Positions 27,966-35,989 of a stretch of 64,000 bases of DNA are shown in pieces. This stretch comes from Granulicella sp. (GTDB lineage: Bacteria; Acidobacteriota; Terriglobia; Terriglobales; Acidobacteriaceae), in NCBI GenBank assembly GCA_965277565.1, contig OZ255838.1, positions 63,423 to 127,422 on the forward strand, read 5' to 3'. The notes beneath the pieces are model-generated. The model worked only from the letters and a program-made list of their open reading frames with translations, ran no database searches and was not told where the DNA came from. Numbering within the stretch: the first letter of the stretch is position 1; each line of letters starts with the position of its first letter. A program made the translations under genes and the position numbers.

Positions 27966-28586
27966 TTAAAACGTGGCGGTGCCGGATACCGCTTCAAGGG
28001 ATCGTGACCGCGCGAAACGCCCGAAGCACAACACGCCTGCGAGACCCAGAGCGAGCAGCTGCCAGCTCGCCGGCTCCGGCGTCACGGCAAAGGTGCTGCG
28101 ATTGGAGACGGTGTTTCCCCCAGCGAAGTCGAACGTCAGCGTGTCGCCCAGGAGGCTGAAGTCGAGCCCGAGGCCGTTGTTGATGGCGCTGATGGGGTCG
28201 TTCGCGAACGCTGTATCGGTCAACGTGAGGACAAAGGGCGCATGACCGTTCTTCGTCAGATCCGGCGTGACAGCGGCAATCTCGGTGATCGGTCCGGTGC
28301 AGACGTCACCGATCGCGATCTTTGCATTGCTGAGATTCGCCGTGTACTCGCACACCCCGGAGGAAAACTGGAATGTTTCGTCGGTGTAGTTGAACTCGAT
28401 ACCCGGGCCAACCTTCGCCGGGTTGCTGCCGAACTCGTTGACGGGACTGCCGTCGATGTTCAGCGTGCCGTACACGGTCGATCCGCGCAGCAAGGTAGCG
28501 CTTGAGTCGGGAGCATAAGCAAACACGGCAAGCAGAGTTACGGCAGCGGCACACGTAATAGCCTTCAAGGGGAAAACCTCACACAA
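27966..28586 (-). CDS. PEP-CTERM sorting-domain protein
   Basis: C-terminus VTPEPASWQLLALGLAGVLCFGRFARSR (PEP motif, TM, basic tail). A signal peptide (KAITCAAAVTLLAVFAYA) is reached from the TTG at 28586. The listed ORF extends to 28679. Confidence 0.75.
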   Translation of the reverse strand: MCEVFPLKAITCAAAVTLLAVFAYAPDSSATLLRGSTVYGTLNIDGSPVNEFGSNPAKVGPGIEFNYTDETFQFSSGVCEYTANLSNAKIAIGDVCTGPITEIAAVTPDLTKNGHAPFVLTLTDTAFANDPISAINNGLGLDFSLLGDTLTFDFAGGNTVSNRSTFAVTPEPASWQLLALGLAGVLCFGRFARSRSLEAVSGTATF

Positions 28587-28917
28587 CGAAATGGAATGAA
28601 CAAAAATCCGACGACAGAAGAAAGCACCAGCAGGAATGCCACAAACGTAGCATGGCGCTAGTGCTTTTGTGCGATCCAATTTCGTTTATATATGCTTTGG
28701 TAACGTAACCGGCAGGTGGTTACCGACGCGAGCTTTAGGTGCTGCTTTTCTGCGGAACCAGCCCTGAAGGGCTCTGTATGCGGTTGCTTTTCTGTGGGCT
28801 GAACCCCAAAGCTACACTGAAGATATGCGTCAGCTGATTACCCCAATTCCGCTATGGAAAATTGTGTTCAGGTATCAGGTTTTCATCTCGACCGAAGCGC
28901 CGGGCCGCAAACGGGAT

Positions 28918-29400
28918 TCAGAGGCCTGCTGCCCTACGGGCCTGCCGGATGGCCTCGACATCAGCCAAATCCTGCGGTCGCCCCGACGCCAGCTTGTTTT
29001 GAATGAGGTCATTCGCAGATATGTAACGTGCTGAAATCTCCCCATCGATCAGCAGCATTTCACTGTGAGCGTAGACCTCCGCGAAGGTAATTCCGCTGAT
29101 CTGCTGAAGAATGTCGAAGCAGATAGGGGGATTTCCGAAACGCGCAGCCATATTGGGTGTGGCAAAGTCTTCTACCGTGAATTCCGCAAGAGGAGCGCCG
29201 AACTCGGCCAACGCCTTGAAAACCGCCAAGGCATTCTCAGGGCTGGATTCGATGAATACATCCATGTCCTTGGTCATTCGAGGCTGTGCATGCACGAAGA
29301 CGGCATAGCCACCGATAATCACATATTTAGCGTTGTTAACGTTCAAAGCGACGAGCAACTGTTTTAAGTTCTCGTCCATCGGTGGAATAGCCATAGGCAC
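28918..29400 (-). CDS. minimal nucleotidyltransferase-fold protein (DUF6036-like, uncharacterised)
   Basis: Pol-beta NTase signature IIGGYAVFVHAQPRMTKDMDVFI (GG...D.D) and a conserved C-terminal LIQNKLASGRPQDLADVEAI. The locus looks visibly more AT-rich than its surroundings. Confidence 0.65.
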   Translation of the reverse strand: MPMAIPPMDENLKQLLVALNVNNAKYVIIGGYAVFVHAQPRMTKDMDVFIESSPENALAVFKALAEFGAPLAEFTVEDFATPNMAARFGNPPICFDILQQISGITFAEVYAHSEMLLIDGEISARYISANDLIQNKLASGRPQDLADVEAIRQARRAAGL

Positions 29401-29527
29401 GGTATCCCTCGACGCTCATTTGATGTCCGATAGCGAAGCTTTCGCTGGCAGGCCGGGAGGCCCAATAGCGGTATTCCTCATCCTTCATGGCTTCTAAGGA
29501 ATCGAATTTGCGGGCGGTCATCTCCAT
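29336..29527 (-). CDS. small conserved partner ORF of the nucleotidyltransferase (unknown function)
   Basis: 63 aa: KFDSLEAMKDEEYRYWASRPASE...LKTVARRFER, a pattern I recall upstream of this NTase family. The 3' end overlaps the NTase ORF out of frame (65 nt from M1, 44 nt from M8). Confidence 0.45.
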   Translation of the reverse strand: MEMTARKFDSLEAMKDEEYRYWASRPASESFAIGHQMSVEGYRAYGYSTDGRELKTVARRFER

Positions 29528-29630
29528 CTGGCTACCTGGTTCACCTGAATTATACCAAGCAGGACTGAATCTGTTGCGGAAGCACAGGAGATTAGACCCG
29601 TGGCAACACCGTCTGCGAGATCCGGTACCC

Positions 29631-30644
29631 TCACAGGCCTTTGTCCGCCAGGAACAGGATCAGATCCTTCACGCGGCTAGAATAGCCCCACTCGTTGTCG
29701 TACCAGCTGATCACCTTGCCGGAGTTTTTGACGGCTTTGGTCAGTTTGGAATCGACGATGCTCGAAAGCGGGTTGCCGCGGAAGTCGGAGGAGACCAGCT
29801 CCTGCTCGGTGTAGCCGAGGATGCCCTTGAGCGAGCCTTCGCTGGCAGCTTTCAAGGCTGCGTTGATGCTGGCGGCATCGATCGGCTTTTCCGAGACAAA
29901 GGTGAGATCGACGACGGAGACGTTGGGCGTTGGAACGCGGATGGCGAAGCCGTCGAGCCGGCCAGCCATCTCCGGGATTACGAGCTTCAACGCCTTGGCC
30001 GCGCCGGTGGAGCTGGGAATCATGCTCAGTGCGGCGGCGCGGCCGCGGCGCAGGTCCTTGTGCGGGGCGTCGAGCACCACCTGGTCGTTGGTGTAGCTGT
30101 GCACGGTGGTCATGATGCCGCTGGCGATGCCGAAGGTCTCATGCAGCACCTTAACGACGGGGGCGAGGCAGTTGGTGGTGCAGCTGGCGTTGGAGATGAT
30201 GTTGTGCTTGGCGGGATCGTACTTCGAGTCGTTCACGCCGAGCACCACGGTGAGGTCTTCGTTGGTGGCCGGAGCGGAGATGATGACCTTCTTGACCGTC
30301 GAATTGCCGGAGCCGAGGTGCGCCTTGGCCTTGGTCCCGTCCGTGAAAAAGCCGGTGGATTCGATGACGATCTGTGCGCCCACACTGGCCCAGTCGAGCT
30401 TGGCGGGGTCGCGCTCGGCGAAGACTTTGATGGTCTTTCCGTCGACGGTGATGGAGTCCTCGCCGGCGGAGATCTCGTTCTTGAGATTGCCGAGGATGGA
30501 GTCGAACTGGAGCAGGTGCGCCAGCGTGTCAGGCGTCGTCAGGTCATTGACGGCGACGAATTCGATATCGGGGTTGCCGAGCGCGGTGCGAAATACGTTG
30601 CGTCCAATGCGACCGAAGCCGTTGATGCCCACCTTTACTGCCAT
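29631..30644 (-). CDS. gap: type I glyceraldehyde-3-phosphate dehydrogenase
   Basis: MAVKVGINGFGRIGR, SNASCTTNCLAP, WYDNEWGYS. Confidence 0.95.
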   Translation of the reverse strand: MAVKVGINGFGRIGRNVFRTALGNPDIEFVAVNDLTTPDTLAHLLQFDSILGNLKNEISAGEDSITVDGKTIKVFAERDPAKLDWASVGAQIVIESTGFFTDGTKAKAHLGSGNSTVKKVIISAPATNEDLTVVLGVNDSKYDPAKHNIISNASCTTNCLAPVVKVLHETFGIASGIMTTVHSYTNDQVVLDAPHKDLRRGRAAALSMIPSSTGAAKALKLVIPEMAGRLDGFAIRVPTPNVSVVDLTFVSEKPIDAASINAALKAASEGSLKGILGYTEQELVSSDFRGNPLSSIVDSKLTKAVKNSGKVISWYDNEWGYSSRVKDLILFLADKGL

Positions 30645-30851
30645 GTGCCTTTACTTCCTCTCCTCGACCGGTCTGAGGGCCTTCGCCATGCCATGAATGC
30701 GAAGTTGTGACGATTGCTTTGAGGCTATCAGAGGCGTTGAGCGTGGGCAAAACCGGCGGCGGACAGGATGCATGGGCGCGGAAGGTTGCTCCGTACGCCC
30801 ATTTTTTGCACAAATTTCGCAGCACAAAGCCGCTGTGATACAACCCTGAAT

Positions 30852-31760
30852 ATGCGCGAATGGGTGCGCGAGACCTTCATGAGAAGACGTAGCAGACGTG
30901 CTCCGAACGAATCGGAGTCCACGGGTAAGATCGGGCAGGAGCTGCCCACCGACCAGCCGGCGCCTCTACGCCCGTCGTATCCGGAGTCGGGAAACCAAGC
31001 CAAAGCCGCTCAGGATGCGCCTGCGGAGGCTCCTGAACCGGAGACTCTGGATGCAGCGCAGGAGTTTCATCCCCAGGCGTCGCCCAGTGAGCCGGAGACC
31101 GCGCAGGCTGCGAGGCCGGAGCCCGTCTCCGAGCAGCCGCAGCTGGTGATGGAGACGCAGCCCGAGACGGGAACGCCGCCGGTAGAGCCGGCGACCGTGC
31201 CGGTGCGCTCGCCGCGGGGCTACGTGATCTTGACCATCGGCCTTCCCGGTTCCGGCAAGACCACCTGGTACAAGCGCCGCGGGGTGCAGCCGCTTTCCAG
31301 CGACATGCTGCGCAATATTCTTTTCGACGACATCACGGAGCAGCGCTATCAGGGGCTGGTCTTCAGCACGCTGCGCAGCCTGCTGCGGGCGCGGCTGATC
31401 GCCAAGATGCCATGGAACTACGTCGACGCCACCAACCTGAGCCCGCACGAGCGCCGCCAGTGGATCAAGATGGCCAAGAGCTTCGGCTACGAGGTGCAGG
31501 CGGTGTTTTTCGATGTGCCGCTGAGCGTGTGCCTGGAGCGCAACTCCAAGCGCGACCGCCAGGTGACCGACGAGGTCATGCACAAGCTGGCAGAGCGGCT
31601 GCGGCCGCCGGCGTTCAAAGAGGGCTTCGACAAGATCACCGTGGTGCGGGTGAAGGGGGCGACGAACCCGACGGCTGTGGCTCCGCCGCCCAGTGCAGGG
31701 GAGGAGCAGGGCGAACAAGGTGGCGCGGAGAGCGATGCGGAAGCTGGGGTCGACGGCTGA
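30852..31760 (+). CDS. P-loop kinase (AAA_33 / polynucleotide-kinase-like) with a long disordered N-terminal region
   Basis: ORF from 30768; ATG at 30852 (MREWVRETF). About 110 aa of Pro/Glu/Ala-rich low complexity, then YVILTIGLPGSGKTTWYKRRG (Walker A), NYVDATNLSPHERRQWIKMAKSFGYEVQAVFFDVP and NSKRDRQV. Confidence 0.6.
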   Translation: MREWVRETFMRRRSRRAPNESESTGKIGQELPTDQPAPLRPSYPESGNQAKAAQDAPAEAPEPETLDAAQEFHPQASPSEPETAQAARPEPVSEQPQLVMETQPETGTPPVEPATVPVRSPRGYVILTIGLPGSGKTTWYKRRGVQPLSSDMLRNILFDDITEQRYQGLVFSTLRSLLRARLIAKMPWNYVDATNLSPHERRQWIKMAKSFGYEVQAVFFDVPLSVCLERNSKRDRQVTDEVMHKLAERLRPPAFKEGFDKITVVRVKGATNPTAVAPPPSAGEEQGEQGGAESDAEAGVDG

Positions 31761-31847
31761 GCCTCGAGGCTTCGCTCCTCATGGGGTGAATCTGAAATTC
31801 TCGGTGATAGAAGGGTTTGTTTCGACCCCTAAATTTATGAAAAGCAA

Positions 31848-31914
31848 GTCCTTCGCTTGCACCCCAACGAGCAAAAAACGCTCGCTGGGGACCCCGCCTT
31901 CGCTCAGGATGACC
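31848..31914 (+). repeat. second-type intergenic repeat ending in ...CCTTCGCTCAGGATGACC with an internal hairpin
   Basis: CCCCAACGAGC-AAAAAAC-GCTCGCTGGGG (10 of 11 bp paired), followed by GCCTTCGCTCAGGATGACC, which is related to the long form of the main repeat. Confidence 0.6.
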
Positions 31915-31958
31915 ATGTTATGAAGTGAATGAATGATTCACCACACCAGCTTCTTTGC

Positions 31959-32031
31959 TGTCATCCCGCAGCTCTTTGTTGTCATCCCGTAGCTCTTTGT
32001 TGTCATCCCGTAGCCTAGCGAAGGGATCTGC
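31959..32031 (-). repeat. tandem array: two truncated 21-bp half-copies plus one full long-form hairpin repeat (reverse orientation)
   Basis: TGTCATCCCGCAGCTCTTTGT, TGTCATCCCGTAGCTCTTTGT, TGTCATCCCGTAGCCTAGCGAAGGGATCTGC, ending 22 nt before the ABC ATPase start. Confidence 0.9.
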
Positions 32032-32053
32032 TTTTCGTTCTTCGGAGTGAAGC

Positions 32054-32821
32054 ATGGCCACCGGCGGCGTGGAGTTCGCGGATGTGAGCTTTACGGTCGC
32101 CGGGGGCCGTGAACTCTTGCGGCATATATCCTTCCGCTGCACGCCGGGAACAACGACCGCGCTGCTGGGCCGCAGCGGCTCGGGGAAGACGACGCTGCTG
32201 CGCACGGTGAATGGGCTGGTGCGGCCCACCTCCGGCCGCGTGGTGGTGAACGGGGAGGATGTGACGTCGAGCGACCCCCTGGCGTTGCGGCACGGCATCG
32301 GCTATGTCATCCAGGAGAGCGGGCTGTTTCCGCACATGAGCATCGAACGCAACGTTTCGATGCCGCTCGAACTGGCCGATGAGGGCAAACGCGAGGAAAG
32401 AAAAGCACGTGCGGCCGAAGCGCTGCAGCGTGTGGGCCTGGAGCCGGATCTGCTCGGGCGTTTGCCGTGGCAGCTCAGCGGCGGCCAGCGGCAGCGCGTC
32501 GGTGTGGCGCGGGCACTGCTGAATGAACCCGCGATTCTGCTCATGGATGAGCCCTTTGGGGCGCTCGATCCGCTGACCCGCGCGGAGATGCAGACGACCC
32601 TGCACGATCTGCTGCACGGCAGCGAGATCACAACGCTGATCGTGACGCACGATCTGCCCGAGGCGCTGTTCCTCGCTGATCGCGTGGTGCTGATGGACGG
32701 CGGAAAGGTCGTCGCCAATGTCGCAGCGGACGAGGTGATGACCGCGGAGATCTCCGCGGTGCAGGCCTATGTGCGCGCCACGCAGCCGCGCGGTGGGAAC
32801 TCCACGGAAGGCGCGGCCTGA
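32054..32821 (+). CDS. ABC transporter ATP-binding protein (glycine betaine/choline/osmoprotectant type)
   Basis: Walker A GRSGSGKTT, signature LSGGQRQRV, Walker B ILLMDEPFGALD, H-loop VTHD. No CBS domains. Confidence 0.85.
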   Translation: MATGGVEFADVSFTVAGGRELLRHISFRCTPGTTTALLGRSGSGKTTLLRTVNGLVRPTSGRVVVNGEDVTSSDPLALRHGIGYVIQESGLFPHMSIERNVSMPLELADEGKREERKARAAEALQRVGLEPDLLGRLPWQLSGGQRQRVGVARALLNEPAILLMDEPFGALDPLTRAEMQTTLHDLLHGSEITTLIVTHDLPEALFLADRVVLMDGGKVVANVAADEVMTAEISAVQAYVRATQPRGGNSTEGAA

Positions 32822-33450
32822 TGCTCGCCTTTCTGCATCGCTATGGCGCGGAGATCGGGCGGCTTACGTTTGAGCACCTGTGGCTCACGATGAGCGCCAT
32901 GCTTTGGGCCAGCGTGATTGGGCTGCCGCTGGGCGTGCTGCTTACACGCAAGCGCGCGTTGGCCAGGCCTGTGCTGGCCTTCGCGAATGTGTTGCAGACG
33001 ATCCCGAGTCTGGCGTTGTTTGGGCTCTTGTTACCCGTGCCGTTTCTGGGTGATCGGGCGGCGCGGCTGGCCATCGTAGCGCTGACCGCGTATGCGTTGC
33101 TGCCCATTCTGCGCAATACCTATACGGGCATTAACAGCGTCGATCCCGCGCTGATCGATGTGGCGAATGCGCTCGGGATGACCGGCTGGCAGCGGCTGCG
33201 CAAGGTGGAGCTGCCCCTGGCCGCGAGTGTCATCCTCGCCGGACTTCGTACAGCCACGGTGATTTGCGTGGGCGTGGCGACGATCGCGGCCGCGATCGGC
33301 GCGGGGGGTCTGGGTGAGCTGATCTTTCGCGGCGTGGCCAGCGTGGATAATGGCCTGGTGCTGGCGGGTGCCATTCCTGCGGCGCTGCTGGCGTTGGCTG
33401 CCGATGGACTGCTGGGTTTCGCAGAGAAGCGGCTGGCGGTGCGGCGGTGA
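32821..33450 (+). CDS. ABC transporter permease (BPD_transp_1, osmoprotectant type)
   Basis: The start overlaps the ATPase stop (ATGA-type coupling). About five TMs and the EAA-like loop (ALIDVANALGMTGWQRLRKVELPLA). Confidence 0.85.
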   Translation: MLAFLHRYGAEIGRLTFEHLWLTMSAMLWASVIGLPLGVLLTRKRALARPVLAFANVLQTIPSLALFGLLLPVPFLGDRAARLAIVALTAYALLPILRNTYTGINSVDPALIDVANALGMTGWQRLRKVELPLAASVILAGLRTATVICVGVATIAAAIGAGGLGELIFRGVASVDNGLVLAGAIPAALLALAADGLLGFAEKRLAVRR

Positions 33451-33523
33451 GGGCTTCGTGGTACAGAAGCATCGTACGCGCGGCGGAAGTGGGGCGGTGT
33501 GCTGTTGAGCGACGAGGTTCGAG

Positions 33524-34444
33524 GTGTTAAGGCTTGAGGGAAGGGTGCGGAAGTGGCTGGAAGCGCTGCTTGGAATGCTTGGGCTGATGTGTGTTGTCGC
33601 CTGCGCGCCGCCACGGTCTTCGCACATTGTGATTGGCGCAAAGAATTTTACGGAGCAGGTGATCCTGGGCGAGCTGCTCGCACAGGAGATCGAAGCGGAA
33701 GGCGGCGGAAAGGTGGAACGCCGCTTTTGGCTGGCGGGCAGCTATCTTTGTCAGCAGGCGTTGATCTCCGGCCGCATCGATGGCTATGTCGAGTACACCG
33801 GAACGGCGTTGACCGCGATCTTGAAGCAGCCGTTGCCACCGTTGAACGAACGCGGGAATAAGGCGCTTGTCGATGCCACCGTTGCGCGGTTGTATCGGCA
33901 GCGCTTCCATGTAACAACCGGGCCGGGGCTGGGATTTGAAGACACGTTTGCCATGGTGGTGCGCGGGGATGACGCGCGGCGGTTGGGCCTGCACACGATC
34001 TCCGATGTGGCGCGCGTGGCGCCGCAGTGGAGGCTGGGTGTCGGGTATGAGTTTGCCGAGCGGCCGGATGGTTTGCCGGGGCTGGCGGCTGTGTATGGGC
34101 TGCGTTTTGAGGGGTCGCCACGCACGATGGAGTTGGGGCTGTTGTATCGCTCACTCCAGGCACACCAAGTCGACATCGTTGCTGGAAATTCGACGGATGG
34201 TGCCATTCAAGCGCTCGGGTTCGTAGCGCTTCAAGATGACAAGCATTATTTCCCACCCTATGAGGCCGTGCCGCTGGTGCGCGATGATGCGCTGCAACGC
34301 TGGCCGGCGATCGGCAAGGCTGTGCAACGGCTTGCGGGAGAGGTGAGCGAGGATGAGATGCGCGCGATGAATCTGGCCGTCGATGGAAAACATCAGGACC
34401 CCTCGGATGTGGTGCGTGCGTTTCGGAGGAGCAAAGGCTTATGA
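33524..34444 (+). CDS. glycine betaine-type ABC transporter substrate-binding lipoprotein (OpuAC/OsmF-like)
   Basis: Lipobox LGLMCVVAC, then IVIGAKNFTEQVILGELLAQ, GYEFAERPDG, YFPPYEAVPLV. The true start may be the GTG at 33545. Confidence 0.8.
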   Translation: MLRLEGRVRKWLEALLGMLGLMCVVACAPPRSSHIVIGAKNFTEQVILGELLAQEIEAEGGGKVERRFWLAGSYLCQQALISGRIDGYVEYTGTALTAILKQPLPPLNERGNKALVDATVARLYRQRFHVTTGPGLGFEDTFAMVVRGDDARRLGLHTISDVARVAPQWRLGVGYEFAERPDGLPGLAAVYGLRFEGSPRTMELGLLYRSLQAHQVDIVAGNSTDGAIQALGFVALQDDKHYFPPYEAVPLVRDDALQRWPAIGKAVQRLAGEVSEDEMRAMNLAVDGKHQDPSDVVRAFRRSKGL

Positions 34445-35022
34445 CGAAGAAACAGAGTGCAGGACGTAGGGCCCCGGGTGCGGAGAAGGCGACGGTTGCC
34501 GGTGCGGGAGAACCGGCAGAGTCATCGGAGCCGTGGATGCGCGGCACGCACTTGGAGCTCGATCCGCTGCGCCGGGCCGTGATGCACGCCTTGGAGTCAG
34601 CCGAGGAGGACGCGGAGCGCTGGTGTGCAGGGCTGAGCAAAGATGCCATGCAGGCAAGGCTGGACCCGCTGCCGTCGGTGTCGTTCCACCTGCTTCATAT
34701 CGCGCGTTCGCTGGATCGATTGCTGACCTATGCCGAAGCGCGGCCGCTTAACGCAGAACAGCTGGCGAAGCTGGAATCGGAGATGGCTCTCGGCACGGTG
34801 GCGGAGGTGATGCGCGAGTTTCGGAAGGGTCTCGCCACGGCCAGAGCGCGCGTTGGCGCGATCGATCCGGGGAGCTATGCGGAGGCTCGCGGGATCGGGC
34901 GGGAACAGCTGCCCACGACGGTTGCCGGACTGCTGATTCACTGTGCGGAACACACGCAGCGGCACGCCGGGCAGATGGTGACTACGGCGAAGTTTGTGCA
35001 GGCTCTCCAAGGGCTGCTGTGA
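34441..35022 (+). CDS. DinB-family protein
   Basis: Four-helix DinB His triad context (FHLLHIARSLDRLL ... LLIHCAEHTQRHAGQM). The ATG overlaps the SBP gene stop (ATGA). Confidence 0.7.
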   Translation: MTKKQSAGRRAPGAEKATVAGAGEPAESSEPWMRGTHLELDPLRRAVMHALESAEEDAERWCAGLSKDAMQARLDPLPSVSFHLLHIARSLDRLLTYAEARPLNAEQLAKLESEMALGTVAEVMREFRKGLATARARVGAIDPGSYAEARGIGREQLPTTVAGLLIHCAEHTQRHAGQMVTTAKFVQALQGLL

Positions 35023-35037
35023 GGATGCGAGCGAAAA

Positions 35038-35131
35038 GCAGATCCCTGCGCTGCGCTACGGGATGACAAGGAAGTGCTGGGGGATAACAACAAGAACCGC
35101 AACATTTTCTTGTCATCCCGTAGGGATCTGC
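35038..35131. repeat. convergent pair of hairpin repeats (long form + at 35038..35068; short form - at 35111..35131)
   Basis: GCAGATCCCTGCGCTGCGCTACGGGATGACA ... TGTCATCCCGTAGGGATCTGC. Confidence 0.85.
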
Positions 35132-35153
35132 TGTTTTCATCCCAAGCGAACGC

Positions 35154-35247
35154 GGGTCTCTCCACTACGCAGGCGATCATTCCGTCTGCTGTCACCCAAA
35201 CGACTAAGACCTGTCGTTTGGGACCCGGCGCTCCAGTCGAGATGACA
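35154..35247 (+). repeat. diverged relatives of the repeat family (GGGTCTCTCCACTACGCAGGCG... and GGCGCTCCAGTCGAGATGACA)
   Basis: Share the ...CTCCACT.CGC... and ...TCGAGATGAC ends with the copy at 40538..40575. Confidence 0.5.
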
Positions 35248-35285
35248 TTTCCATAGGAACGCTCAGCTTGATATCGCATCCAAGC

Positions 35286-35903
35286 TCAACTGACGAGGTG
35301 ACCCAGCTTCTCTCGCTTGGTTTCGAGATAACGCTCAAAGCTCGGCTCCGAGGGAATCGCCGCACTGATGCGCTCGACTACCCTGATACCTGCGGCCTCG
35401 AGCGCGGCGACCTTTTCAGGATTGTTCGTCATCAGCCGGACCGCTGCGATGCCGAGCTGCTTCAGGATCTCCGCCGGCAGCTCAAACCTGCGCAAGTCGG
35501 TGGGAAAACCGAGCTGATGATTGGCTTCAACCGTATCGAAGCCTTGATCCTGCAGCTCATAGGCGCGCAGCTTCGCCATAAGACCGATGCCGCGACCCTC
35601 CTGCTGCTCATAAAGCAGAATGCCCGCACCCTCATCGGCGATGCGCTTGAGGGCGAGGTGCAACTGGTCGTGGCAATCGCAGCGCAGCGAGTGAAATACA
35701 TCGCCGGTGAGGCATTGCGAATGGATGCGCATGATCGGCGGCGCACTGTGCACATCGCCCATCATCAGGGCTACGGCGCTTTCAATGGGCCGTCGTGTGG
35801 GATCGCCGGGTTGGGTCACGCCTTCAAAGCCGAGAATGCGAAACTGCCCCCAGCGCGTGGGAAAGTCTGCATCGGCAACCTTGGTGACGCTGAGCAAAGG
35901 CAT
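35286..35903 (-). CDS. ribA: GTP cyclohydrolase II
   Basis: ATG at 35903 (MPLLSVTKV...). HSQCLTGDVFHSLRCDCHDQL (zinc site) and EGRGIGLMAKLRAYELQDQGFDTVEAN. Confidence 0.9.
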   Translation of the reverse strand: MPLLSVTKVADADFPTRWGQFRILGFEGVTQPGDPTRRPIESAVALMMGDVHSAPPIMRIHSQCLTGDVFHSLRCDCHDQLHLALKRIADEGAGILLYEQQEGRGIGLMAKLRAYELQDQGFDTVEANHQLGFPTDLRRFELPAEILKQLGIAAVRLMTNNPEKVAALEAAGIRVVERISAAIPSEPSFERYLETKREKLGHLVS

Positions 35904-35989
35904 AGCACCAGTATAGATTCCGGAGGGTAGCGGAACGATTCGTTGCGGCGGATGTCCCGGCTGTTTGCCGGCGCGCGTAGAGTGGAAAC

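Noticed and set aside
31760-31771. 12-bp perfect palindrome AGCCTCGAGGCT right after the P-loop kinase stop
   Set aside because: It has no loop and no U-tract, so it is not a terminator. A single occurrence containing a CTCGAG site is most simply chance in GC-rich DNA.
35904-35989. FMN riboswitch upstream of ribA
   Set aside because: The spacer is only 86 nt, is shared with the divergent kinase gene, and lacks the conserved FMN-element sequence blocks I know. It is too short for the aptamer plus expression platform.
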